Sequence record: NC_054919.1
Strand: one strand, 5' to 3'
Origin: Escherichia phage vB_EcoM_G4507
DNA: 64,000 bases
Positions 51,093 through 60,203 of this stretch are shown in pieces (the first letter of the stretch is position 1; every line of letters starts with the position of its first letter). The position numbers were made by a program, and so were the translations under genes. The notes under the pieces are model-generated. The model was not told where the DNA came from, made no database searches, and was given only the letters and a program-made list of their open reading frames with translations.

Positions 51093-51119
51093 TTTCTGTT
51101 CCTCCGTAGTTGATATGGT

Positions 51120-51149
51120 AATAGTACCACAGAGGAACAGTCTTGTAAA
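51120..51149 (-). promoter_or_regulatory. early-type promoter (GTTTAC -35, TACTAT -10)
   Basis: Minus-strand motif upstream of 50565..51092. Confidence 0.55.
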
Positions 51150-51152
51150 CAA

Positions 51153-51467
51153 CTAAAAGAAACTTCTTTCACAATTTTTTCCACTGAACCACGCGCTCAC
51201 TGCTTTCTTAGTCTCAGGAGCAGTGTTATCCATAAACCATTCAAAGGCAGCCTTTTTATGATTCTGGAGGGCTTCTCGGGCTTTAATCTGCTCACGGTCT
51301 ATTAACACTAACATATGAGCCTTTCTTGTCACCATGGGCTTCTTATGATTTTTTGAATATTCCCAATCATTTGTCCATCGCATCGTTGTTGCGAATTGAA
51401 GTACAGCTTCTTTAATTTTAGTTTCGTAAATTTCACGAGCCTTTGAGTATAACATTACTACCTCCAT
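51153..51467 (-). CDS. hypothetical protein
   Basis: 104-aa ORF. Confidence 0.55.
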   Translation of the reverse strand: MEVVMLYSKAREIYETKIKEAVLQFATTMRWTNDWEYSKNHKKPMVTRKAHMLVLIDREQIKAREALQNHKKAAFEWFMDNTAPETKKAVSAWFSGKNCERSFF

Positions 51468-51556
51468 TTACCAGTTTAATTCTAGTCATCTTTTTGATGG
51501 CAGTCCATATAATCTATTTCTGAACTGCCTTTTTATCTTAGAAGGCCTCTTATGAA

Positions 51557-52525
51557 TTATTTCAGAAGAGTAACCTCAGCGATTTCTTCCCAACCGTTTT
51601 TGTCGGTCATAATAAAGTCAGCAAGATAAAGAGCAGTACGCAGTGAAACATTGCGTAAACGATTAACATTGACTTTCATCCATGATAATGCTTTATAAGT
51701 TTCTTCATCAGAAAGACCGCGCTTTTGCATCATGTCAGTTGAAAGAATAACATCTTCAACCCTGACCATAATTTCTTCATTAGTGTGAACACCCAAATCC
51801 AAATAAACTGAGCGGGACACTAATGCTTGTAAATGTGGAGCAAGTTTAGTACCACGGTCTAATTCGCGGTCAATGTCAACGTTTGTGATAAAAACAATCG
51901 TTCCTTTAAATTCAAACTCACGCTCAATGCCTTTTTCTTCTAAGTAAGAAGATGCAGTGCTCCAGCAGACTTTACGGGTCTCTCCAGTGTCCAGAGCAGC
52001 TTTCAGAAGATTAAGAATGTCCATATCAGAGAAAACATCCACATCATCAATCAAAAGGACAGAATTCTCTTCACGATTATTCCAAAGCTGCTCATAAAGA
52101 CCAATACCAGAGATTTTACCATTAATGCTTTTATATTCAATGTATCCAATATCATTTGCTTTATTTAAAGCTTTATCTAAAGAATACGTTTTACCAATAC
52201 CCGCCGCACCAGAGATAATTAATGAACGAATGTTTCCGTTAATAATACCATTCGTCATCATTCCCATAACATTAAATCTTTTATTAATGCGGGTTTTCAT
52301 ATCTTCATATGATTCTTTAACTTCTTCAACTTTTACACCATCATATGAAATGTCTGATTTGTAAACCCAAACACCGCGACGTTTACCGTCAATTTCAACA
52401 AAAACTTTACCATCTCCTTGTGCATCTACCGGAGCATTATCTGGGAACCATTCACCTAAGAGCTCAAAAGTTCCAGAGATTTCTTTACCGAAGTAGATAC
52501 CCTTATTGATAGTTACAGTTTTCAT
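51557..52525 (-). CDS. P-loop AAA-type ATPase
   Basis: 322 aa from MKTVTINKG; Walker A GAAGIGKT, Walker B VLLIDDVD; leader shared with two other genes. Confidence 0.65.
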   Translation of the reverse strand: MKTVTINKGIYFGKEISGTFELLGEWFPDNAPVDAQGDGKVFVEIDGKRRGVWVYKSDISYDGVKVEEVKESYEDMKTRINKRFNVMGMMTNGIINGNIRSLIISGAAGIGKTYSLDKALNKANDIGYIEYKSINGKISGIGLYEQLWNNREENSVLLIDDVDVFSDMDILNLLKAALDTGETRKVCWSTASSYLEEKGIEREFEFKGTIVFITNVDIDRELDRGTKLAPHLQALVSRSVYLDLGVHTNEEIMVRVEDVILSTDMMQKRGLSDEETYKALSWMKVNVNRLRNVSLRTALYLADFIMTDKNGWEEIAEVTLLK

Positions 52526-52559
52526 TTTATTCTCCAAATCCGTATCAGTTGATAGTTGT

Positions 52560-52589
52560 ATAGTACCATAAAGCTTTATGCTTGTAAAC
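52560..52589 (-). promoter_or_regulatory. early-type promoter (GTTTAC -35, TACTAT -10)
   Basis: Upstream of AAA ATPase gene. Confidence 0.55.
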
Positions 52590-52605
52590 TGTTTTGTGAA
52601 AAAAT

Positions 52606-52628
52606 TTTTTGAAATAAAAAGGGAGCCC
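52606..52628 (-). terminator. intrinsic terminator
   Basis: Hairpin GGGAGCC-cgaa-GGCTCCC followed by UUUUU. Confidence 0.65.
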
Positions 52629-52640
52629 GAAGGCTCCCTA

Positions 52641-53654
52641 TCATTTATAATAACTTCGGTGGTTTTCAAGATAAACCCTCTCAAGGAAGTCATCCCAGAA
52701 ACCCATGTCTACTTTTTGCTGCATACCGTTCTTAGAAGCTTCAGTAGATGCTGCTTCTACTTGATCGACCACATCTTCCAAAAACTCTTGAACTATTTTA
52801 AATGGATGTTTACCCAACTTCACGTCGAGAATAAATGGAGCATCTTGAAGTGGATAAATCAAGTCACCAGTTTTGTAAATTTCCAATAGTTGAAGTCCAC
52901 CACGACAAGCATGACTCAGAGCTTTCCAGTCAATGCCTTCATTGGCTTCGGCCTTACGAGCACGTTCACCATATTCAGCATCTAATTTGTTCAGTGACTG
53001 CTTAAGCTCAATAAGAGAAAGCGTTGTCTGATATTTACGACCCAACACAGTGTAGAACGTTTGAGGACCTGTTTTCTCGTGGTTATGGAATACCCATTCA
53101 CAGAATTCGTTCTCTGGAAGACGATGCTTAATATCTTCAACTTTAGTACGACGATGCTTAATGGAACCGTCTTCTTGGTAATCAACCCACTGATCGGGGA
53201 TTTGATTAACGACTTTCAATACATCGCGTAATGCAGCCAAACGAGAACCTTTAACACCATATTTAGAGGCTTGTTTACGAACATATCCTAAATAAGATTT
53301 CATGTTCGTCGTATAAAAACGAGAACGGTTGTCTTGAATAAACTTCCACACATCAGGCAAATCAGATTTAACCACTAGTTCAGGTGGAGTGTGAAGCATA
53401 TCCAATGCTACAGTTTCACCATCTGCTGCTAATTTAAAGAAATACTTAAGACTATACAATTCATGGTCAATATCATCTTTAGTGTTTTTAGATGATGTGT
53501 TGTTGGTATTTTTACTCATATGCTCTTTAACATTTCCGATAAGAATATCACGAGCAGGAGGAACAAAAATTTCTTTAAAATCTACATCAGATTCTGGAGT
53601 AGAAGTTCCATAAAGATGACTACCAAAATAGCTTTTCATTACTGTTTTCATCAT
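52641..53654 (-). CDS. predicted nucleotidyltransferase (Pol-beta superfamily-like)
   Basis: 337 aa; N-terminal GSHLYGTSTPESDVDF (GS...DxD). Confidence 0.6.
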   Translation of the reverse strand: MMKTVMKSYFGSHLYGTSTPESDVDFKEIFVPPARDILIGNVKEHMSKNTNNTSSKNTKDDIDHELYSLKYFFKLAADGETVALDMLHTPPELVVKSDLPDVWKFIQDNRSRFYTTNMKSYLGYVRKQASKYGVKGSRLAALRDVLKVVNQIPDQWVDYQEDGSIKHRRTKVEDIKHRLPENEFCEWVFHNHEKTGPQTFYTVLGRKYQTTLSLIELKQSLNKLDAEYGERARKAEANEGIDWKALSHACRGGLQLLEIYKTGDLIYPLQDAPFILDVKLGKHPFKIVQEFLEDVVDQVEAASTEASKNGMQQKVDMGFWDDFLERVYLENHRSYYK

Positions 53655-54112
53655 TCAGCCTTATATTCAATAACAGGACATACTTTAGCTTTACGAGCTT
53701 TTAAAAATTCAACGATAATCGATTTCTTGGATTGAATAGGAGTTAAACCTTTATACGCCCTATCAATATTTTCTACGTGTAAAGCATAATCCTTTTTCCA
53801 TTTATAATCTTTATATTTTTCACGCAAATGTGCAGGAATAACAAATGAACTGATAATAAGTAAAACAACCAAAAGCGCAAGTATAAATGCCGATGGAAGA
53901 AGAGTCCATAAACTGCCAAAAATAAACCAACGCTGTAGGCTTTCTGCACAAATAATTGTTAGTCCTACGAGTATAGCACATCCAAAAATAGAAACGAAAA
54001 ATGTAGGAATAACAATAGACCAAAAATACGCGCATAGTGTCTTAGGTCGTTGCCATTCATCGTTAAACAATTTGAATAATTTATAGTGCCAAGAGTTTTC
54101 ATTAATAATCAT
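53651..54112 (-). CDS. integral membrane protein
   Basis: 153 aa with about three hydrophobic helices. Confidence 0.6.
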   Translation of the reverse strand: MIINENSWHYKLFKLFNDEWQRPKTLCAYFWSIVIPTFFVSIFGCAILVGLTIICAESLQRWFIFGSLWTLLPSAFILALLVVLLIISSFVIPAHLREKYKDYKWKKDYALHVENIDRAYKGLTPIQSKKSIIVEFLKARKAKVCPVIEYKAE

Positions 54113-54114
54113 AA

Positions 54115-54636
54115 TTATCCTTTCATTGAAGGCGTAACGGTTGTTAAATACTTAATCATAGCTTCAGCTTCTGATTTTGATAATGAAATTTCTCCATTGT
54201 TTTGACGAATAGAAATAAAATCCGGATGACGGTCACCACCAGCTTTTAAAACGCACATATAAGTATCAACTTCGCCTTCAATATTTGAAATGATTGAAGC
54301 AGTTCCACATGAATGTGGTTTTTGATAAATCAATACAGCTTTTCTTCCACCGTTTGACTGTTCATAGGCTTTTAATACATCAAGCAAATCAGTTCTTTTA
54401 TCAATAGCTAAAATGTTATTTTCATCTTCAATGTTAAATCCTTCGGATACTTCATAAAGTGTTACCCATAAATCACCGATGTCAATAACAGCATTTACTT
54501 TTCCACGACTTTCAAGAGTATGACAAATTTTCTTGATTTCGTCATAACTCATTTTAATAATATCATCTCCTTGACTAAGGAAGATGTCATTTTTAAATTC
54601 AACACGAATTAAACCGCTTCCACTTGAAATAAACAT
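54115..54636 (-). CDS. hypothetical protein, paralog of 54643..55197
   Basis: 173 aa; C-terminus EAEAMIKYLTTVTPSM resembles neighbour. Confidence 0.6.
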   Translation of the reverse strand: MFISSGSGLIRVEFKNDIFLSQGDDIIKMSYDEIKKICHTLESRGKVNAVIDIGDLWVTLYEVSEGFNIEDENNILAIDKRTDLLDVLKAYEQSNGGRKAVLIYQKPHSCGTASIISNIEGEVDTYMCVLKAGGDRHPDFISIRQNNGEISLSKSEAEAMIKYLTTVTPSMKG

Positions 54637-54642
54637 ATTTCC

Positions 54643-55197
54643 TCACTTTGAAATCATAGTTGGAATAACAGAATCAAGATAAGTCTTTAGTGCAATAGCT
54701 TCGTCTTTGGTAAATGTGACAATATGTGCTCGAGAATCATCAATTTGGCGAACAAGTACGACATCGCCATCTTCATAAGAAGTCTTGACATCCAAAGTCG
54801 TAGTATAATTTGCAGCTACTGGATTAATAATGCTAGCACCGCGATCTTTAGCCCATTGAAGTTTAGCCTTTTCGGGTGTTTCGATTGTTTCAGATTCCAA
54901 GAATTCTTTCACCTTGGTAACGAATGTTGCCCAATTGTTGATAGAAAGACACATAAATTCAGTTTCAATATTACCGCCGTAAAGGCCACGATAAAAACGA
55001 ACTTGGAGGTCGCCTGTAATATTAGTTACACCGGTAACTCCTGAGGGAGCATAAGATAAAATCGCAGCCAGTTCCATAGGAAGAATAGTAATACTATCGT
55101 CTTCCTGCGTCAGAACGTATACATTATCACGTTTTTCGATAACCAGGTCACCTAACAAATCAGTTGTTTCAATTACAGCTTTCATATTATTTACCAA
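54643..55197 (-). CDS. hypothetical protein, paralog of 54115..54636
   Basis: 184 aa; C-terminus DEAIALKTYLDSVIPTM. Confidence 0.6.
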   Translation of the reverse strand: MVNNMKAVIETTDLLGDLVIEKRDNVYVLTQEDDSITILPMELAAILSYAPSGVTGVTNITGDLQVRFYRGLYGGNIETEFMCLSINNWATFVTKVKEFLESETIETPEKAKLQWAKDRGASIINPVAANYTTTLDVKTSYEDGDVVLVRQIDDSRAHIVTFTKDEAIALKTYLDSVIPTMISK

Positions 55198-55372
55198 TTA
55201 AAGTTTCAATATAAGAATCAAGATTTACTTTAGCTTCTTCCATAAGAGTTTTGTATTTAATCTTGTTAGCATGTCCGGAGAAAGCTGATTCATCAATAAT
55301 TGTTGATGTATGAACAGCTCTACTATACGTCTCAATTAATTCTCTTAATTTAAAAGCCTGCTCACTTGTCAT
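55187..55372 (-). CDS. hypothetical protein
   Basis: 61-aa ORF with AAGGAG RBS. Confidence 0.5.
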   Translation of the reverse strand: MTSEQAFKLRELIETYSRAVHTSTIIDESAFSGHANKIKYKTLMEEAKVNLDSYIETLIGK

Positions 55373-55530
55373 TACATACTCCTTTGAATAATATCAATAA
55401 TGTTGTTCACCAAATTATACGTAAACATTGGGTAATTATATTGAATCATCACATACACAACAAACAAAACTTTCATTCTCTTCTCCTTGGCAGTTGACAA
55501 GATTACTATACCATAACCTTGCCAACTTGT

Positions 55531-55710
55531 AAACCATTAAATGACGTTTTCGATAAAATTCTGAAGCTTTGTATGAGCATCAACCATGATTTTCATTTCT
55601 TCCTTTGCGAAAGCTGTGCCTCTTTCACGAGAAGAACATTCATAGTCAGAAACTGCATTAGCATATTCTTCAATTAGCTTCATTAAAAACATCTGCTTTT
55701 CAGTTTTCAT
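55531..55710 (-). CDS. small hypothetical protein
   Basis: 59-aa ORF found by hand; AGGTGG RBS. Confidence 0.35.
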
Positions 55711-55894
55711 TATTCCACCTAATCATTTCAAGATATTGAACTAACTTAGCTTTGGATTTATCCAAATCCTTTTTAGCTGTTTCTATACCGTCGTATGAAT
55801 ATCCTTCACAATGCTCAACTGCTAATTGATATGAATCTATTTCAACATCACGTGCTAATTTAATGATTTTTTCAAACTGTTCGTGTGTTAACAT
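55700..55894 (-). CDS. hypothetical protein
   Basis: 64-aa ORF. Confidence 0.5.
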   Translation of the reverse strand: MLTHEQFEKIIKLARDVEIDSYQLAVEHCEGYSYDGIETAKKDLDKSKAKLVQYLEMIRWNNEN

Positions 55895-55896
55895 AA

Positions 55897-56136
55897 TTAA
55901 ACTCTCATATTATGATCGATAATTTCATCAAGAAACATATCTAACGCTTCTATAGCATTATCCACTTTAGTTTCAAAGTCTTTAATGCCTTTATTCGAAA
56001 TACCCGATGAATACCAAGCAAAGTCAATCAGCTCTTCATCTGCTTTGCGAATTGAAGCCACTAATTCCTTGATTTTATCTGCTTGCTCTACGCTAATCAT
56101 TATTCCACCACATATGACAGAGAGAATATTGCACAC
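55897..56136 (-). CDS. hypothetical protein
   Basis: 79-aa ORF. Confidence 0.5.
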
Positions 56137-56333
56137 GCCATGTGAGTTGCAACTTCATCACACATATTATAACGTTTCTTAAGAAGTTCTACAAGTTCTT
56201 CACTAGTAACTTCATCCATGTCGACGAAAAAATCACCATTAATGATGACGTAGATATTTCCTTCTTGATTAAGTGCTTCAATTTTCATGATGTTCTCCTC
56301 TTTATCCGATGGTTGTATAGTATCACAGCTCAA
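56100..56333 (-). CDS. hypothetical protein
   Basis: 77-aa ORF with promoter upstream. Confidence 0.5.
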
Positions 56334-56346
56334 ACGGAAAGTAAAC
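56317..56346 (-). promoter_or_regulatory. early-type promoter (GTTTAC -35, TACTAT -10)
   Basis: Minus-strand motif. Confidence 0.55.
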
Positions 56347-56356
56347 CGGTAAAATG

Positions 56357-56378
56357 AAAAAAGTCTCCCGAAGGAGAC
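56357..56378 (-). terminator. intrinsic terminator
   Basis: Hairpin GTCTCC-cgaa-GGAGAC followed by UUUUUU. Confidence 0.65.
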
Positions 56379-56383
56379 TAATG

Positions 56384-56770
56384 TTATTCGAGGGAAAGAA
56401 GATACTTACTCTGGTAAAACATTCCAGTAATATCATCTATCGTGCTTTGAATGGCTGGAGGCATTTCTTTATAAATGCTGTTAGATTGGTCTAGTATGCG
56501 ATCAATCATTTTAATTGTGTCGGTAGGAAGTTTACTGGCATCTGGAATTGAAGGCGTGTATTTTCTACCAGAATACCCCAAATATTGCTCACCAAATTTA
56601 TCAATCAAATCTGGCAATTCGGAGAAAATAAAATCGTATGCTTTGTGTCTAGCATAACTTTTAGTTTCAAAATGCGCAGAATGAAAATAAGCTTGTGCAG
56701 CCATTAATAAACCTAAGTATTCATCTGCCTTTGAAGGTTTTCCACTTTGTGAAAAGTCGCTGAATTTCAT
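56384..56770 (-). CDS. hypothetical protein
   Basis: 128-aa ORF. Confidence 0.55.
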
Positions 56771-57060
56771 TCAGTCTCCAATTTAATGTTCATAATTCTA
56801 GTGTATGATTGTGCCATCTCCGCGCCTCGTTCTATACATTCGAAATCAGAAGAGCACGGGTCATTTTTATAGGTCGTTCTCATAAAACTATAGAACTGTT
56901 CAGATGATTCTACGCTTTTATTTTCAAAAAGCATATAAACATGTCTAATACCAGATTCCATAAATTTATCAAAATGAGGATCGACATTCGCTTCAATTGG
57001 TGGAGATAAAGCAAATGACAATCCTAGCATGGCAAATAGTGCCGTTGCTTTTAAGGCCAT
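56767..57060 (-). CDS. rI: lysis inhibition regulator (antiholin) rI
   Basis: 97 aa with signal anchor; MALKATALFAMLGLSF...DPHFDKFMESGIRHVYMLFENKSVE matches T4 RI. Confidence 0.9.
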   Translation of the reverse strand: MALKATALFAMLGLSFALSPPIEANVDPHFDKFMESGIRHVYMLFENKSVESSEQFYSFMRTTYKNDPCSSDFECIERGAEMAQSYTRIMNIKLETE

Positions 57061-57072
57061 AAAGGCCTCCTA

Positions 57073-57285
57073 TCATTTTTGTCCTGTATTTACTTTATGC
57101 CGATGCACGGCCTTAACTTTATCAAGGTATTTTTCAAAATTTCGCAATCTAGTATAGTCTGCCGGAGATTGGTTGAGTGATACTTCTCGACGCAAAGCTG
57201 AAATGATATTTCCAACTTCCCTACGAATTTCATCTAATTGAAGCACAGTAAGATTGCGAAGTTGCTTTTCAGTTAATTGTAGCAT
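57073..57285 (-). CDS. hypothetical protein
   Basis: 70-aa ORF. Confidence 0.5.
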
Positions 57286-57327
57286 ATATACCCCTTTAGT
57301 TAGATAAACCTATTTATAACTTTTGCA

Positions 57328-57909
57328 CTAACCGAGCTTTTTAGTTAATTCGTTCCAGTGTTTTCTACACAAAGAAACATAAATTTCATCACCAATACAG
57401 ATTTGATTACCTTCTTTAACTGGTGTTCCATCTTCCATTAATCGAGCTGTCATAATCGCTTTTTTGCCGCAATGACAAACTGCCTTTAGTTCAATAAGTT
57501 TATCTGCAATCGCTAAAAGTTCTTTAGAACCTTCAAACAATTTTCCAGCGAAATCAGTCCTTAACCCATAAGCCATAACAGGAACATTATATGTATCAAC
57601 AATTCGACTCAATTGATGCACTTGTTCAGTTTTTAAAAACTGGGCTTCATCTACAAATACGCAATGAATATCTTTTTGTGCTTCAGCCCATTTATAGAAC
57701 TCGAAAATATCCATATCATCTGTAATAATATTCGCTTCCTGTTTAATTCCAATGCGAGAAACAACTTCACAGACAGAATCACGAGTATCAATAGCAGGCT
57801 TAAGAACTAATACACTCATTCCACGTTCTTTATAATTATGTGCAGCAGTCAAAAGAGAAGCAGATTTTCCAGCATTCATTGCTGCATAAGTAAAAATTAA
57901 ACTCGCCAT
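57328..57909 (-). CDS. tk: thymidine kinase
   Basis: 193 aa; P-loop AAMNAGKS; zinc ribbon CHCGKK...CRKH. Confidence 0.93.
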   Translation of the reverse strand: MASLIFTYAAMNAGKSASLLTAAHNYKERGMSVLVLKPAIDTRDSVCEVVSRIGIKQEANIITDDMDIFEFYKWAEAQKDIHCVFVDEAQFLKTEQVHQLSRIVDTYNVPVMAYGLRTDFAGKLFEGSKELLAIADKLIELKAVCHCGKKAIMTARLMEDGTPVKEGNQICIGDEIYVSLCRKHWNELTKKLG

Positions 57910-57910
57910 C

Positions 57911-58099
57911 TTAGTCCTTAGTTAAATTTTCTAAATATGTTTCTAAATCATTTTCAGCTTTATCGATAGATTTTACTAATTCGTAATATGTTTCGGCATC
58001 TCCATATTCAGAAGATATTTCAAAAGACAAATCCTTTTCTAAACTAATAATTTCACCAACTAAAAATAATATTTCGTTCTTTTGTTCGCGAGTAATCAT
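57911..58099 (-). CDS. hypothetical protein
   Basis: 62-aa ORF. Confidence 0.5.
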   Translation of the reverse strand: MITREQKNEILFLVGEIISLEKDLSFEISSEYGDAETYYELVKSIDKAENDLETYLENLTKD

Positions 58100-58281
58100 A
58101 AGGAATTTATATAATCAATGAGTTCTTGTTCTTTATTATCAAATTCTTTGGAAAGTTCTTCATATTCATTTGCGCTAAAAGGACCGCATTCATTACAAAC
58201 TTTTTCCAATTCACTATTTTTATCCATAATTTCGTGGATAAGAGAAAAGAGTTTGTCTTTTTGTTCTTTGCTTAGGCTCAT
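58096..58281 (-). CDS. hypothetical protein
   Basis: 61-aa ORF. Confidence 0.5.
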   Translation of the reverse strand: MSLSKEQKDKLFSLIHEIMDKNSELEKVCNECGPFSANEYEELSKEFDNKEQELIDYINSL

Positions 58282-58447
58282 ATATTAATTTCCAGAAGTT
58301 TTAAAATAATTCGCTTTTGCTTAAATATTTCCACAGTTAAATGATCAGTATCTTTTTGACCAATTCCAATGGCAAAACCTTTATTAACAGCGAGTTCAAT
58401 TAAATTATCAAGTTCACGTAACACTTCATATTGTAACTCAGAACTAT

Positions 58448-58675
58448 TCATTTCGGTTTACCTTCTTTAACGAAATCTGGATAAGGATAAAATCCCGAAT
58501 AAAATCCTTCACCTTTATGATTGATGCATCCTTTATTAGAACAATAGCACCAATAATCGAAATCACAAGCCATTTCATCGTTACATAAAGCAAAAACAAC
58601 CGGCCACTTACACTTTTCACAGTGGGCATTTTTAAGAATACTAGTTTGGCTCATAACCATGTAACCTTTAAGCAA
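58448..58675 (-). CDS. cysteine-rich small protein
   Basis: 75 aa, 8 Cys; overlapping 58444..58629 in other frame rejected. Confidence 0.5.
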   Translation of the reverse strand: MLKGYMVMSQTSILKNAHCEKCKWPVVFALCNDEMACDFDYWCYCSNKGCINHKGEGFYSGFYPYPDFVKEGKPK

Positions 58676-58863
58676 TATTCTTCTACATGTTGTTTACGAC
58701 CTTTCTTATCAATAAAGGTATATTCAACGAATGTTCCAATGTAGTCTTTATCTACATCATGTGGACTATTAATTGGGCATTTAGTACGGCAAATGCGTTC
58801 CCATTGACGAATAATTACTGCTTTGTTTTTAGGATCAAACGGATGTGGGTAATGTACTTTCAT
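58651..58863 (-). CDS. hypothetical protein
   Basis: 70-aa ORF. Confidence 0.5.
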   Translation of the reverse strand: MKVHYPHPFDPKNKAVIIRQWERICRTKCPINSPHDVDKDYIGTFVEYTFIDKKGRKQHVEEYCLKVTWL

Positions 58864-59314
58864 AATCCACCACTATTAAATCAATATCAGGAGTAAACAT
58901 GTCGATTAATTTAGAAACCTTATCCCAATCGCCGCCAGCAATACCACAACCTATACGTGGAATGTAAATTACTGGTTTAAACAAAAGGGTTTCTGCCTGT
59001 AGATTTAATTCTATCATGCAGTTTACTAAAGCACCATAATCAAGATTAGGACCTGGTTCGTATTGCGTATACAAGTTATAACATATGCCAAACCCATTAG
59101 GTTTATGTTTAAAAACAATAGACATATCGCCTAATTTATCACGAGAACCGTACTCAGTAGTGGTTTTATCTATTTCTAAAATTTTGGGATAGGCTCTTGC
59201 TAATTGACCAGCTACACCACTGCCCATTGTATGAAAACAGTTACACCCGTGCGCAATAATATTACCTTCAAGAAAGAGGGCGACAATATCGCCCTTGATA
59301 TATTTTACAATCAT
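58835..59314 (-). CDS. macro-domain protein (predicted ADP-ribose binding/processing)
   Basis: 159 aa; GDI...IAHGCNCFHTMGSGVAGQ and IPRIGCGIAGGDWD resemble macro-domain motifs. Confidence 0.6.
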   Translation of the reverse strand: MIVKYIKGDIVALFLEGNIIAHGCNCFHTMGSGVAGQLARAYPKILEIDKTTTEYGSRDKLGDMSIVFKHKPNGFGICYNLYTQYEPGPNLDYGALVNCMIELNLQAETLLFKPVIYIPRIGCGIAGGDWDKVSKLIDMFTPDIDLIVVDYESTLPTSV

Positions 59315-59658
59315 CTAGTACTCAATCCTCGATTATAAGAATCTACTAAACGGTCAACCATTGAATGACAAGCGGCTTTATCTTTTTCCTCCGCAACTGA
59401 ACATTCTAGGGTATTCCACTTTTTAGCATATCGTTTTAATAATGTATCGTTTTTGTATCTGCTTGATTTATCTCTTTCTCCGTCTTTATATGCATATATT
59501 AATTTCTGCGCAAATTCAGCTTGGCATGCTTTATTTTTCCCGCAATAATCTGCCGCAGTGCGGTTCACATACTCCCTAATTTCAGTATATGATGTATCTG
59601 CTGACGCATAAGCAGAAAATGAAATTAATCCTATACATAAAACCAAAATTTTAGTCAT
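59311..59658 (-). CDS. secreted hypothetical protein
   Basis: 115 aa with signal peptide MTKILVLCIGLISFSAYASA. Confidence 0.6.
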   Translation of the reverse strand: MTKILVLCIGLISFSAYASADTSYTEIREYVNRTAADYCGKNKACQAEFAQKLIYAYKDGERDKSSRYKNDTLLKRYAKKWNTLECSVAEEKDKAACHSMVDRLVDSYNRGLSTR

Positions 59659-60196
59659 TTACTATTTCCAAAAGTTTATTATTTTTAAGGTAATTAGCCT
59701 TTTCTAGGACTTCAGAAGCATATTTAGAACCTGCTTTAACATTCCATCCCGAATTATAAGAGGATATTGCTTTTCTTATATCGCCCTTATGTATATTTAA
59801 CCAATAAGAAAGTTCAATGTACGCCCAGGAAGCTGAATTGGATCGTTTATTCAACATTCTTTTTATTTCAGCATCGGTCATATTATAACCAAGTTCCTTA
59901 ACTCTCGCTCGCATAGTAGGCAAATAATTTTGGAACATTCCGTAAGCATGATGTTTTGGTTTAGATTTTAAATTAACTCCGCCAGAGCTTTCTTGCCATA
60001 AAATAGCAGCCATTATATGACCTAATCCGCTCTTGTGGATATTTTTGTGTGTTTTATATTTTCCATCCTTAGAAAATTGTTCCCCGAATTGATACGCGTA
60101 ACGCATGTTATCGAGTTGGACATTACTGAAAGTATGCTCGGAGCTATGTGCCATCATTGAAATGGCCAATAGACCAGCGAGTAGTGCTTTTCTCAT
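59651..60196 (-). CDS. secreted lytic-transglycosylase-like protein
   Basis: 181 aa; signal peptide; SLT-like motifs LWQESSGG and YGMFQ. Confidence 0.6.
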   Translation of the reverse strand: MRKALLAGLLAISMMAHSSEHTFSNVQLDNMRYAYQFGEQFSKDGKYKTHKNIHKSGLGHIMAAILWQESSGGVNLKSKPKHHAYGMFQNYLPTMRARVKELGYNMTDAEIKRMLNKRSNSASWAYIELSYWLNIHKGDIRKAISSYNSGWNVKAGSKYASEVLEKANYLKNNKLLEIVND

Positions 60197-60203
60197 GTTT
60201 ACC

